A stretch of DNA of 63,745 nucleotides, the filler included, from Reclinomonas americana ATCC 50394 (Eukaryota), in assembly GCA_048213135.1 (NCBI GenBank). It is 8 parts of 4 records of this genome, joined end to end, with 100 filler letters (N's around TTAATTAATTAA, not from the genome) between each part and the next. Parts side by side here need not be neighbours in the genome. Positions count along the whole stretch, not along the records: positions 14,996 to 29,706 come from PS015672.1; positions 29,807 to 40,647 come from PS015673.1; positions 40,748 to 44,139 come from PS015673.1; 5 more parts are not named here. One strand, given 5' to 3'. Of this stretch, positions 24,764 to 43,900 are shown one piece after another (position 1 is the first letter of the stretch; each line of letters opens with the position of its first letter). Position numbers and translations under genes: made by a program. Below the pieces are notes generated by a model. It was not told the DNA's origin. It searched no databases and saw only the letters and a list, made by a program, of their open reading frames with translations.

Positions 24764-24813
<50 letters not shown>

Positions 24814-25019
24814 GCACGTGATCCCTGAATCCTCTTACTGTTTCCTTTGGCACGTTGTTTGTCGCAGTCTACTGCCTCCGTTCTTCCTCTCTCCTTTTCT
24901 CCCTCGCACATTCCATGTCTTTCCTTTTGTTTGACTGCCCCACTCGTCTGCTGACTCCGTTCTTTCAATTCTCTACACCCAATTCATTTGTTTTCTTCTT
25001 TCTCATCATTGCGCCTTAA

Positions 25020-26751
<1,732 letters not shown>

Positions 26752-27159
26752 GCGATGTGTGTGAGTCAGGGAAGGGTGGCCTTTCATTTTTTATTTTGTG
26801 CAAAAGAGTATAGTGTTGTACGAAAATTGTTGAGTTCAGCCCTCTCTTGTGAGGGGCGGCGTTGTTCAAGGTGTAGCTTTGTACGTGTGAGAGCACCTTG
26901 GTAGACGTGCTGTTCAACGCACTGCGCTGCGTTTCGTTTTTAGCACATTGATCGATCCTCCTCTTCCTTTCATCCTGTTGTATTCACTTTCGAAAACACA
27001 CATCGGCTCGCAAAAAGCAACACCGTTGGGAGTTATTCAACACTTCGTTCCACGCTGCCCAGCTCAATTCATTTTGCTCAATGTGGGGTTGTTCTTTTAC
27101 CTGCCGATCACCGCCTCTCCACCCTCTGCTCTTGCATGTGCGTCGTAAACACCAGTGCA

Positions 27160-29500
27160 TCAGTCATGGCCACCAGTCGCACGCACTCTGTGACATGACA
27201 AGAACGTATCAACACACAGCATCTCATCACTTGTGGGGGTCATACAAAACTCACCAGCAGCACACTGCAACGCCACCCGCCGCGTTGACGTGTTGTCGAC
27301 GGCGGCCAGTCGTGGCGGCGGTGGTGGCGGCGGTGGAGGTGATGGTGGCAGTCGCGCCGTGCGTGATGCATCCACTCTCGCGCTTGCACCAGCCAGAGCC
27401 TCGCTTGCCGCCATCAGCGCCTCCATCACCTGCAAATCCACTCGTTCGTCCTCCTCCCGCCACACATCAAACACATCGATCTCATCCTCCTCCTCCACAT
27501 CAGGCAACGATGGACGAGTCACTGCTGATGCGGTGCTCCCCGCAATCCGGTCAAGCAGAGCACCAAGAGGATGACTTTCGCCGAAGGCAACCGCAGCATG
27601 TGTCGGTTTCCCAGCCATGTCGTGAACAGAGGATAATGATGCGCGACCCCGCTCAACAACACCCTCCGGAAACACATCAAACTTATCGTCGTCCACACCG
27701 CCACCAGCTGCTACTGTCTTACGCCCTCGTCCAACCACACCACCGCCCTTCTCCCTGTGCTGCCGTTCAACAACACCCTCCGGAAACACATCAAATTCAT
27801 CACCATCCACACTGCCACCAGCTGCTACTGTCTGGCGCCCTCGGCCAACAACATCGCCTTTCTTCTCTTGCTGTCGCTCAACAACACCCTCCGGAAACAC
27901 ATCAAACTCATCATCGTCCTCACCGCCACCAGCTGCTACTGTCTGACGCCCTCGGCCAACCACATCGCCGTCCTTCCTTTCTGGGTGCCGCTCAACAACA
28001 CCCTCCGGAAACACGTCAAACTCATCGTCGTCTTCACCGCCACCAGCTGCTAGTGTCTGGCGCCCTCGTTCAACCACACCACTGCCCTTCTCCTTTGGGT
28101 GCCGCTCGACAACACCCTCCGGAAACACGTCAAACTCATCGTCATCAACACCGTCACCAGCTGCTACTTTCTGGCGCCCCCGTCCAACCACACCACCGCC
28201 CTTCTCCTTTGAGTGTCGCTCAACAACACCCTCCGGAAACACGTCAAACTCATCATCCTCGTCGTCCATTGTCCATGTCTTGCCAGTCCCGACACCATCA
28301 TCCTTCTCCGTTCGCAGAAACACGTCGAACTCATCAACGTCGTCCTCACCAACAACAGTCACGCCTCTCTCGCCCTCTGCCGAAGCGCTTCCGCCAAGCA
28401 ACAACTGCAAGACTTCCTCTCCCTCCACACTGTCTGCGTCATCCTCTTTCTCCCCAACACCAACGATTCCATGTGGGACCAGCGCCTCGCCGAAGAGTGC
28501 ATCCGTCAGCTCACCCAATGGCGTTGGGAGGCACTGCACGGCAGCCAGAGGGTCCGCAGCAGACGCCGCTGCAAACCAGGGAGTGGGATCGAAGCTGATG
28601 CAGTGTGAGTAGTCACACCTCGCTATTCAGAAAACACAGTGAAACGCAACCGTTGCAAAAGAAGCGATAGTGACTCGTAGTTGCCAGCACCGACATTGGT
28701 CGCGGAAACACCAACCAGCTGGCTGAACACATTGGCCATGCTCTGCACAATGTTGAGCAGTGTGAGCCGCGTTGTAGAGAGGAACAAATCGTTTGTATGC
28801 TCGACCTCTCAACAACAGCTACGTTTCTGTCTGCTTGCCTCAGCTATATCCATCGCTTTAGCTCCGACTCTGCAAAACAACCACGGAATGCATACGCAAC
28901 TCTCACAATAACTACTTCCTCTGTTGCTCTCACTCTCTCACTGACTCACTCCCTCTCTCTCTCTCCTCACCCTTCCCACCTACACGCACCTCGGCAACCT
29001 GCACCTCAATCAACGCTGCGGACGATGGCGACACCTGCATCCTCGCACTGTCAACACACTGGCCCTCCACTCCGCCGCCCAGCCCCCAACGCCCCGTCTC
29101 ACCTGCATCCTCAGCCCGGCCGCATGCCTTTCGCACACCCTACAACATGCCAACTCCCACACACCCCCACCCGGCAGCAACGTCGCATCCTGCTCGAAAT
29201 AGCAAAAATAAGACCCAACTCTCTCCCCATCCACGCCGCGCGAGACTCACCTGCTGTGCCACTCTCAGCCGCGCCAGCACCTTCTGCATGTTGCGCAGAC
29301 GCATCGACACCAATGAAAGAGTTCGGTCGCACAACAGCACCGACACGCGAGTCGGCTCGCGACGCTCCAGCAGCGCGAATTCGCAACGCGATGGCCACGC
29401 TGCGCCGCTGCCACTTCCGTCGGCATTCTCGTCCTTGACGGGCGTGAAGAGCGATGTGTCGGGGTTGCGCTCACCGCCCTGCCAGTAATCGACACGCTGC
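27160..29500 (-). CDS. Putative spliced gene for an unknown protein with acidic 40-aa tandem repeats; upstream exon structure uncertain
   Basis: The terminal ORF 27160-28539 (459 aa) has about 6 repeats of DDDEFDVFPEGVVER..., a poly-Pro tract and a Cys-containing tail. Plausible upstream exons lie at about 28705-28800 and 29251-29500 (GTGAGT donor). Confidence 0.45.
27650..28265. repeat. About 120-bp tandem repeat, 5-6 copies
   Basis: CAACACCCTCCGGAAACAC recurs at about 27657, 27771, 27882, 27996, 28110 and 28224. Confidence 0.9.
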
Positions 29501-29806
29501 ACGAATGGTGAGTGAGAGAGGGACCGCGGAGAAACTGATGCGGCTGTCACGTACCTGAACGGTGGCCGTGTGCATTAGTTGTGCATTCAGAACATTCTGC
29601 ACGCGTTGGCAGCCGAACGCGTCCGCCAGTTGCACAGCCGCCACCGGGCCGATGTTGCTGAGGCAGAGAAGGCCTCGCTATGAGAAGAGAAGGCGGAGTG
29701 AGATTCNNNNNNNNNNNNNNNNNNNNNNNNNNNNNNNNNNNNNNNNNNNNTTAATTAATTAANNNNNNNNNNNNNNNNNNNNNNNNNNNNNNNNNNNNNN
29801 NNNNNN

Positions 29807-29879
<73 letters not shown>

Positions 29880-30304
29880 TGAGTGTACAACGAAGAGGGA
29901 CACACAGTGTGAAAGTGAGACCGATGGATACACTTGCACACAAGAGAGGGAGTGTGTGTGTGTGTGTGTGTGTGTGCACGAGAGAGACCGAAAGGAGAAA
30001 GTTTGCGTTAAGGTGGACGGAGCGTGTGTGCGTAAGGATGACATCGAGTGAAAGTCAAGAGTGCACAGCGATAGAGGCACACACGTGCACCTACACAAGA
30101 TACAGGAGAGATTGTGTAATGAGGCGGCCGGTGTGTGTGTTTGTGAGCGCGTGCGTTGTAACAGCTGAGAGAGTGGAAACGGAGCGAGAGAGTGAAATCA
30201 ACCAAGATAAAATGCTAGAGAAAATGACGAAGGGAAAGAAAATGTGACAAGAAGAAGGGGACACAGCCCCTCTTTGCGACTGTGCTGACATTCCCTCTTC
30301 GCAG

Positions 30305-32400
<2,096 letters not shown>

Positions 32401-33438
32401 GCGGTTGACACTACTGTTTCTTCTTCTGCTGCTGCTGCCTACCGTTATATTGTTCCTCTCTGTTGTGTTTTCCAGTGCAATCTATGTAGCCTCTCTCTCT
32501 GTTTCTCTCCCTCTTCTTTTTCTCCATCTCTTATTCTTTGTGTATGTGTGGCACGTGGCGTGCCAACGAACGTCGCTCGAGGCTTGATCGGTGGCTCTGG
32601 GGCTCCGCGTAGAAGCTGGAGCCCTTTTCGCAAGACCTCGGCGATAGGCCGCCCACCACCACTTCTTTGCTCTATCCGTCTGTCTGTCTGTGTGTTCCCC
32701 TGCTGTTTCATTTGTGTTTGTCTGTTTCTGTGTACAGTTTGCAACCCACTCCCCCAAGTCTCACTTTTTCCACCCCTCGTGTTTGCCCGCTCGCATGCAG
32801 CGGCCATCACTCTTCTTCCTCTTGTTTCACGCGACGGCTGCACGAAAAGTGCAGTGTCGCCCGCCCATCTTTGCTTTTGTTTCCCCACCCATCTTGTTTT
32901 TCGTTTCACCCCAAAGTCTTTACTCTTGTTTTCTTTGCGGAGACCATTGTCTCCCTCACTGCAAATGCATCCCACTCCCCCCTCGATTGAAAAAGAAATG
33001 AACTGGCGTCACTCGCTTGATGATGTGAGATACAATATCGAACTGAATATTCACACTCGTGCGCATCACAACTCCCACACAGAGAGAGAGAGNNNNNNNN
33101 NNNNNNNNNNNNAGAGAGAGAGATCGGTTCTGTCTCTCACACTCAGTGTTCTCTCTCTCTCTCACTCACTCAGTGTTCTCTCTCTCTTTGCTCTCTCAGA
33201 GTCACTCATAAGAGCAGCACCTCACACACACAGAGGGGCAGAAAACGTGAGAGAAAGACAGATGAAAGACTGCTTGCATGCTGTCTAGTTTGTTCAATCT
33301 CTCACTGTCTCTTCCTCTCCTCCTTCTCTCTCCCTTCTCTCTTTGTCTCTTCCCTCCCTTGCCTCTGTCTCTCTCTCTCTCTCTCTCACTCACTCACTCA
33401 CTCACTCACTCTCTTACCTCATTTCTCACGCCGTGCCG

Positions 33439-33482
<44 letters not shown>

Positions 33483-33642
33483 TTTCTTCCTCGCCACCTT
33501 CTCTCTTCGCTATTCTTCGTGTGCCTCTCTGCCTTTCTTGCATCTCTTGCCTCTCTCTTTCTCCCTCTCCCCCCTCCCTCCCTTCTCCTCCCTTCTCTCT
33601 CACTCCCTTCCCTCCCTTCCCCGTCTTGCCTCTCACTTACAG

Positions 33643-36972
<3,330 letters not shown>

Positions 36973-37044
36973 ATTAGCACATGCGATTTTTCTTGTACGT
37001 CTTGTTTTCTATCACTGGCGTGTGGTTTCACATATTTTCTTCTC

Positions 37045-39444
37045 TCATGGTGGTGCGGCGGCGGCGGCGCGCGACGAGGCCAGCTGAATGACGGGGTCGA
37101 GCGCACTCTGCATCGCCGGGTGACCTGTGGCGCGATCGCGCGCCGTGCGCATCAACTCGGCCACGTAGCGCACGCGCTCCGGGTGCACGTTGAGGATGTT
37201 GGTGGCGAAGATGGGTTCCTTGCGGCCGAGCGAGAACACGAAAGCGGTGTCGTAGGCGGCGGCGAGGATGACCTGTGATACACAGCGGGGTGAGGGGGGA
37301 GAAGGGGAAGGGAAGAGGGGGAGGAAGGGGGAAAGGGGAGAAAGGGGAGAAAGGGGGAGAAAGGGGGAGAAAGGGGGAGAAAGGGGGAGAAAGGGGGAGA
37401 AAGGGGGAGAAAGGGGGAGANNNNNNNNNNNNNNNNNNNNNNNNNNNNNNNNNNNNNNNNNNNNNNNNNNNNNNNNNNNNNNNNNNNNNNNNNNNNNNNN
37501 NNNNNNNNNNNNNNNNNNNNNNNNNNNNNNNNNNNNNNNNNNNNNNNNNNNNNNNNNNNNNNNNNNNNNNNNNNNNNNNNNNNNNNNNNNNNNNNNNNNN
37601 NNNNNNNNNNNNNNNNNNNNNNNNNNNNNNNNNNNNNNNNNNNNNNNNNNNNNNNNNNNNNNNNNNNNNNNNNNNNNNNNNNNNNNNNNNNNNNNNNNNN
37701 NNNNNNNNNNNNNNNNNNNNNNNNNNNNNNNNNNNNNNNNNNNNNNNNNNNNNNNNNNNGGGGAGAAAGGGGGAGAAGGGGGAGAAAGGAGAGAGAGAAT
37801 GGGGGAGAAAGGGGGAGAAAGGGGAGAGAGAATGGGGGAGAAAGAGGAGAGAGAATGGGGGAGAAAGAGGAGAGAGAATGGGGGAGAAAGAGGAGAGAGA
37901 AGGGGGGAGAAAGGGGAGAGAGAAGGGGGGAGAAAGGGGAGAGAGAAGGGGGGAGAGAGGAGGAAGAGAAAGGGAAAGAGAGAGGGGGAGAAGGGGGAGG
38001 AAAAAGAAAAAGAAAAAAGCAGAGAGGAGGAGAAGAGACGGGAGATGGCACACAAGAGAATGGCGAGAGGGAAGAGTGACGAGAGAAGAGGCAATGATGG
38101 CAGAGGGACAGTGGAAAGGAGAGGAAAGACGGAGAGGAGAGAGGGATGAAAGGGACAGGGAAGAATGAAGGATTGCAGAGGGAAAGAGGAAGCTGAAGAG
38201 GAAGGGGATACCAAAGCACGAGAGAGCGAGATAGATCAGCGAAGGAGAGTGAGAATCGAATAGAGAGACAACTATTGAAATCTGCAGATCCGCCGACAAG
38301 CAAGGGTACGAACAGAGAGAAGATAACAAATACCACATGCAAAAAAGGAAGTCTCCTTCTTTTCCCTCCCCCTCACCATCGGATCCAATCTGTCCGGCAC
38401 ATTGCTCAGCACGCGCGCCACATCCGTCAGGCAATCGGCGTAATATCTCAACTCGCGCTCGGTGGCCTCCGACGGCGGACTTTGCAGGGCACGAATGATG
38501 AGCGTCCAGTCCAGTTGTGGCACATAGATGTATGGGTTGTCCCAGGGGTCGTTGCGGACGTCGCGCAGGTCGCCGGCCTCAGTCTAAACAAGAAATGGGG
38601 AAAGGAGATAAGCAACGGGGAAAGCGAGGAAAGAGATGAGGAAAGGGAGCAAGCGAAGGGAAAAGCGAGGAAAGAGAAGAGAAAAGGTAGAAAGCAAAGA
38701 GAAAGAGAGATCAGAGAAGGAGACGCAGGGAGGAAGGCAAGTTGTCGACTGCCAGAGGGAACACAAATAGTAAAACTTGGAATCTGCAGTGCCACAGAAA
38801 GAGGATGCGTAGAGCAGTCCAGTGAATGCAGAAGAACAAGAGTTTGGAAACAGAGTTCAAACACAAAGACGAGTGAAGTGGAATGTAAGGAAACCAGGCC
38901 GGCCACGAATGGAAGTTGAGGAGGACAGCGAAAAAACTAAAAAGATGTTGAAGGGGAGCGTCAACAGGGAAAGAAACAGAGCGGCAGAGACGAGTCGGAA
39001 AAGAGATACAAGGGAACACGACAGGCTACCAATGGAAATGAGGATGCCACCAAGAGCGAAGAGACGATCAACGAAGGGGACGAGAACGACTTGGTGCCTG
39101 CTTCCCCTCCACTCACCAGATCCTCCAGCTTTCGCGGATATCTCGAATTCCGTGCATAGTAAATAATCAACGACTGCTGAATGGTGTGAATGTCGATCTT
39201 GGCGTTGGAGATCTTGCTCTCCTCCAGCTGCCGCGTGTAGACGACGCCGACGAGCCCCGAGAACGTGACGATGATGCTGATGGCGATGAGAATCTCGATG
39301 AGGTTGAACTGGCGCTTGCGGCCGCCAACCATGAGCAGCAAATGTCTGTACTTGGTCTGCAGGCGCGACAACAGCTGCGCCGACCGAATCACAAAGGCGA
39401 GGAAGAGACGCTGAATGGGTGCGGGCAGGCCAGGGGGCACCAAG
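37045..39444 (-). CDS. gspG: Type II secretion system major pseudopilin GspG homologue, nuclear and spliced (exons about 39444-39117, 38583-38377, 37272-37045; start unresolved)
   Basis: RKRQ-FNLIEILIAISIIVTFSGLVGVVY (pilin N-terminal helix with E5), AKIDIHTIQQSLIIYYARNSRYPRKLEDL, DPWDNPYIY and FVFSLG. Both introns are phase-0 GT-AG and join in frame. Confidence 0.9.
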
Positions 39445-39507
39445 CTGCTCGGAAAGGGGAGGGTTAGGGAGAAAGAAAAGGAGGGGCGAAAACTCTGGTT
39501 GCACTCG

Positions 39508-39554
<47 letters not shown>

Positions 39555-40072
39555 TGCAAAAGACAGCGTGTCGTGCAGTCATGAAGTCCTTGCTGCATGA
39601 TCAGCGCCGTCACACATACTCTCTCTCAGTCTGTCTATGCAGCAGCACTCACTCGTTCTACCCAACGGCAGAGCACTAGGGCCCTCATGCACACTCATTC
39701 TGTTGTATCGCAATCTCTCAACGTTTCATAAACGATGTGCTTTCAACAAGAGTGTCCAGATTCTCCCTCATGCACACTCACTCGGTTCTCAGACTCTCGA
39801 CGCAGCACACCCATGCTCTGTACCGCAATTACGCATGTTCCATCTGGACACGCAGTCTCTCGACGCTGCGCACACACAGCCAACCATGCACGTTGGCGAG
39901 AATCTTTCGCGAGTGCGTGTATCCAGCACGACAGGGCAAAATCGAGCCATTCAACCGAGAGACAGGCACTTTCCTCAGCCCCGATTTTGTCAAACCATTC
40001 TCACTCCACACCTCCCTCCTCTTGTATACCTCCCTCTTCCCTCATCCCTCCCTGTCCCCCCAATCACGCAAC

Positions 40073-40381
40073 ATTCCCATCAAGTCCTGCTCATCCTTCT
40101 CCAGCATCACCTGCGCCTCCCTCACCACCGACATCAACGCCATGGCCAGCGCCAACGCGCCATGCTTCGTCAAACTGTCACCCAAGTGCGGCATCAACAC
40201 CTGCGCCACCACTCCCTGCGCCACCGCGCTCACCGAGCCGCCCTCCGGCAGCAGGTGCTTGTTGAAAAAGTCGGCAATGTACGTGAAGATAAAGGTGTCG
40301 GCCGAGGCCAGCGCCGTCATGCGAGTCAGTGAGAGCGCAGAGCGGCCAACCACGCGAACGAGTGACATGAGCTTGTCTCTC
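40073..40381 (-). CDS. Internal exon of an unknown helical protein upstream of gspG on the same strand
   Basis: Open frame DKLMSLVRVVGRSALSLTRM...EAQVMLEKDEQDLMG, bounded by a CAG acceptor and a GTTGCG donor. Confidence 0.5.
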
Positions 40382-40914
40382 CTGTGCGAGAAGGGCGAGG
40401 GGTCAATCACTGGCGTGGCAAGGCGAGCTGTGTAATAGGACAGGCTGGCGAAAGGACCCCTCCTCTCTCTCTCTCTCGCAATCTCAAGATATGCCCTTCG
40501 GTCGCCTGCTGCTTGTAATGGATCAGCACCGTCTTTCTCTCTCACTCTATTCTCTCTCACTCACAAACACATGCACACGGTGGGCAAGTAAACTTGCTTT
40601 GCGAGTCGCCTGCAGACTACCAAGGCAAAGTTACCCGTCTCTCGCCCNNNNNNNNNNNNNNNNNNNNNNNNNNNNNNNNNNNNNNNNNNNNTTAATTAAT
40701 TAANNNNNNNNNNNNNNNNNNNNNNNNNNNNNNNNNNNNNNNNNNNNTCCTCTCCTCCTCCTCCTCCTCCTCCTCCTCCTCCTCCTCCTCCTCCTCCTCC
40801 TCCTCCTCCTCCTCCTCCTCCTCCTCCTCCTCCTCCTTATCTTCATCCTCCTCCTCCTCCTTGTCCTCCTCCTCCTCCTCCTCCTCCCTCTCATCCTCCC
40901 TCACCCCTCCTCAG

Positions 40915-43900
40915 CTTCCACGCCACCAACGTCGTTGTCAACCTGCCCGACGGCACTCTCCCGTTCTACGCCGACACCTTCTCGCCGACCTCTGTCAACG
41001 CCAACGATGCCTCCGTGACGCTCAATGTGGTGTACGTGGGCGCGCCGACGACATTTGCTGCGCGACTGGAGCCCACTGGTGTGTGCGCCACTACACCCGG
41101 TGCGGGCTCGTATGCGCTGACGGTGACGGGAGGGATGGCGTCGAGTCCTCTGGTGCTGTCGGTGCCGGACTTGCTGTTGGCCGCGAATACGTATACGCTG
41201 TGTGTCAGCATGGTGAGTGAGGGAAGGGGTGGGGAAGGAGAGGAGAAACAGAAAGCAGCTGTGAATGAGAAGACGCCAGAGTGGAGCGGGAGAGGGGAAG
41301 AGGAGTCAGGAGATTGAGGACAGACATCGAAGAAAGCATCCTCACTGTCGCTCCCGCTCCACTTGGAGGCTCCCTCCTCTTCGTTCACTGTCTGTTTCTC
41401 ATTCTTCGAAGAGAGGATCGCAACAGAATACAGTCCATTGACAAGTTGGAGAGAGGAAGGCGGAGAGAACACAGACGAGGCAGCGAACAACTAGTTGTGG
41501 AGTTATAGGAGAGTGAGCGAGTCACTGCATTCTGTTCCACTTTCTACACCCTCTCCACGCTCTTTCTCTCCCCTCCCACTCTTCTACCTCTCTCACCTCT
41601 CTCGCTGCTGCTTCCTCAGTATTAGTCTCCACCCGCTCGCCCTCCCACGCCTGCCTCCGTTTCCTCTCTCCCCTCTCCTCCCCTCTCCTCCCCTCTCCTC
41701 CCTATCTCCTCCCCGCTCCTCCTCCGCCTCCCTCTCCTCATTCTCCTCCTCTCCTCGCTCTCCTCATTGCTCTGCAATAGGGCTATCGCGCGACGGTCGT
41801 CACCGACGGCACGGCGGATAATTTTGCCGGGGGCAACGCCAACTTGGCACCCAGTTCGGGTCTCTTGTTGTGGCTTGCCGGCAGCCCACCGGATGGGCTC
41901 GACTTGTTATTCGATGTTGGCTACGACGACCCGACAACGAGCAGGTTAGTGCACACAATCATTCCCCCCTTCCCCTTTTCCCTTACCTCTTCGCTCATAC
42001 CCGCCTTCCCTTTATTCTTCCCCTTTATCCCTTCCCTTATTTTCCTAGCCGCGTGGCCATCTCCTTCACCTTCATCGCCGACACTCCCGGCGCCGACATT
42101 GTCGTCATCGAGGCCCGCATGCGCCCGCTGGCCACCGCCGCCTCCGTCGACGACAAGCTTTATTTATTGGTCACCGACAACGGCAGCGGCGCGCAGTTGG
42201 CGTTGCAGGCGGTATCGCTCGACGCCTACACCACCAGCTGCTGCTCGTTGAACTGGCAACTCGACGCCAGCAACTACCCATTTCCGGCCTCCCAAATCTT
42301 CACCATCACCGTCAACGGCAGTGTTCTCGCGCAGCTCAACTCCAACAGCAAGCTGGATGTGGTGGTGGGCGACAACACCGAGGTCGACTATATCACCATG
42401 ACCGTGAAAACAGTTATGTCCCTCTCTGCCTGCCGCTCCTCTGCTTGGTGTGGGTCTGCTGACTCACCCCATTGCCGTGTTCAAGATTCTGACCATGGCG
42501 GCGCCTGGAACACTGACGGCTGGTGCATCTTTGCTACGAATGCACCGCGTATCCGACCTCCTTTATTTGACATTGACCTTCCCCTTCCCCTTCCCCTTCT
42601 TCTCCGCCTCGTGCGCAGTGGTTCCTTCATTTACTGATTTTTCGCCTCATACCATTGGACCAACCGCGCCAGAAACAATTATTATAACGGGAACCGACTT
42701 GCGAGACTTATCAGCCGACTCGGTCGCATTCATCATTGCAAGCTCATGCACTACGCCCTCAGCAACGAGCCCAACTCCCGTCGCTGGCACATCCGTGTCG
42801 TCGGCAGCGCCTGTCTTCTTTAATTTGACAGTGACAGTCAATGCGTCTGCGGCGACTGCTGGCCAGTATCAGCTGTGTGTGCGGTGGTTTGTAAGCGTAG
42901 ACATCCTCTGTGCCAGCAGTCGTTGTTATTCAATCTGCGATGAACGTAGGTCCACGGCAACCGACTACGTGTTGGCTGACAATACCACTGCAGTGCTGAA
43001 CATTGGTAAGTTTTCACACGTCACGCTTCACCGTTTTCTTATCGACTGCCTGAACATATAATCCCTTGCATACGTGTTCGGCACGCAGGCGAGGCAACGT
43101 CGTTTTCGCCAGCCTCGATCCTGCCTTCGGCATCGACGACAATGGTCACCATCACTGGCCAGTTCCTGTCGACCTCCATATCGATCCTANNNNNNNNNNN
43201 NNNNNNNNNNNNNNNNNNNNNNNNNNNNNNNNNNNNNNNNNNNNNNNNNNNNNNNNNNNNNNNNNNNNNNNNNNNNNNNNNNNNNNNNNNNNNNNNNNNN
43301 NNNNNNNNNNNNNNNNNNNNNNNNNNNNNNNNNNNNNNNNNNNNNNNNNNNNNNNNNNNNNNNNNNNNNNNNNNNNNNNNNNNNNNNNNNNNNNNNNNNN
43401 NNNNNNNNNNNNNNNNNNNNNNNNNNNNNNNNNNNNNNNNNNNNNNNNNNNNNNNNNNNNNNNNNNNNNNNNNNNNNNNNNNNNNNNNNNNNNNNNNNNN
43501 NNNNNNNNNNNNNNNNNNNNNNNNNNNNNNNNNNNNNNNNNNNNNNNNNNNNNNNNNNNNNNNNNNNNNNNNNNNNNNNNNNNCGCCGAAAACTCCACAC
43601 ACACAGAAAACGTGTCGGGGCTCGCGCTCGGCAGAAGCAGACCTGACCCGCCCACAGTCGCCACCACCTCCGTCAGGATCGAGCTGCTCAGCGATGCCGC
43701 CGTGGTGGCCCCAGCTGCCGGCGTGCACGCAATGCCGGGTACAAATCGCACTTGTGAAACAGAAGTGCTCACCGCCAGACCGGCTCCTGTCACCGTCACC
43801 GTCACACTCGCCACCTCAGCGGCGATCGACGACGGAGAGAAGCTCGATACAGACGCTGTGCGTTGTCGCAAAAGGAGATCAGCTCTTCGCCCGCGACGTC

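Noticed and set aside
27650..28265. CRISPR-like periodicity
   Set aside because: The intervening sequences are homologous to one another, not unique spacers; the context is eukaryotic and no cas genes are seen.
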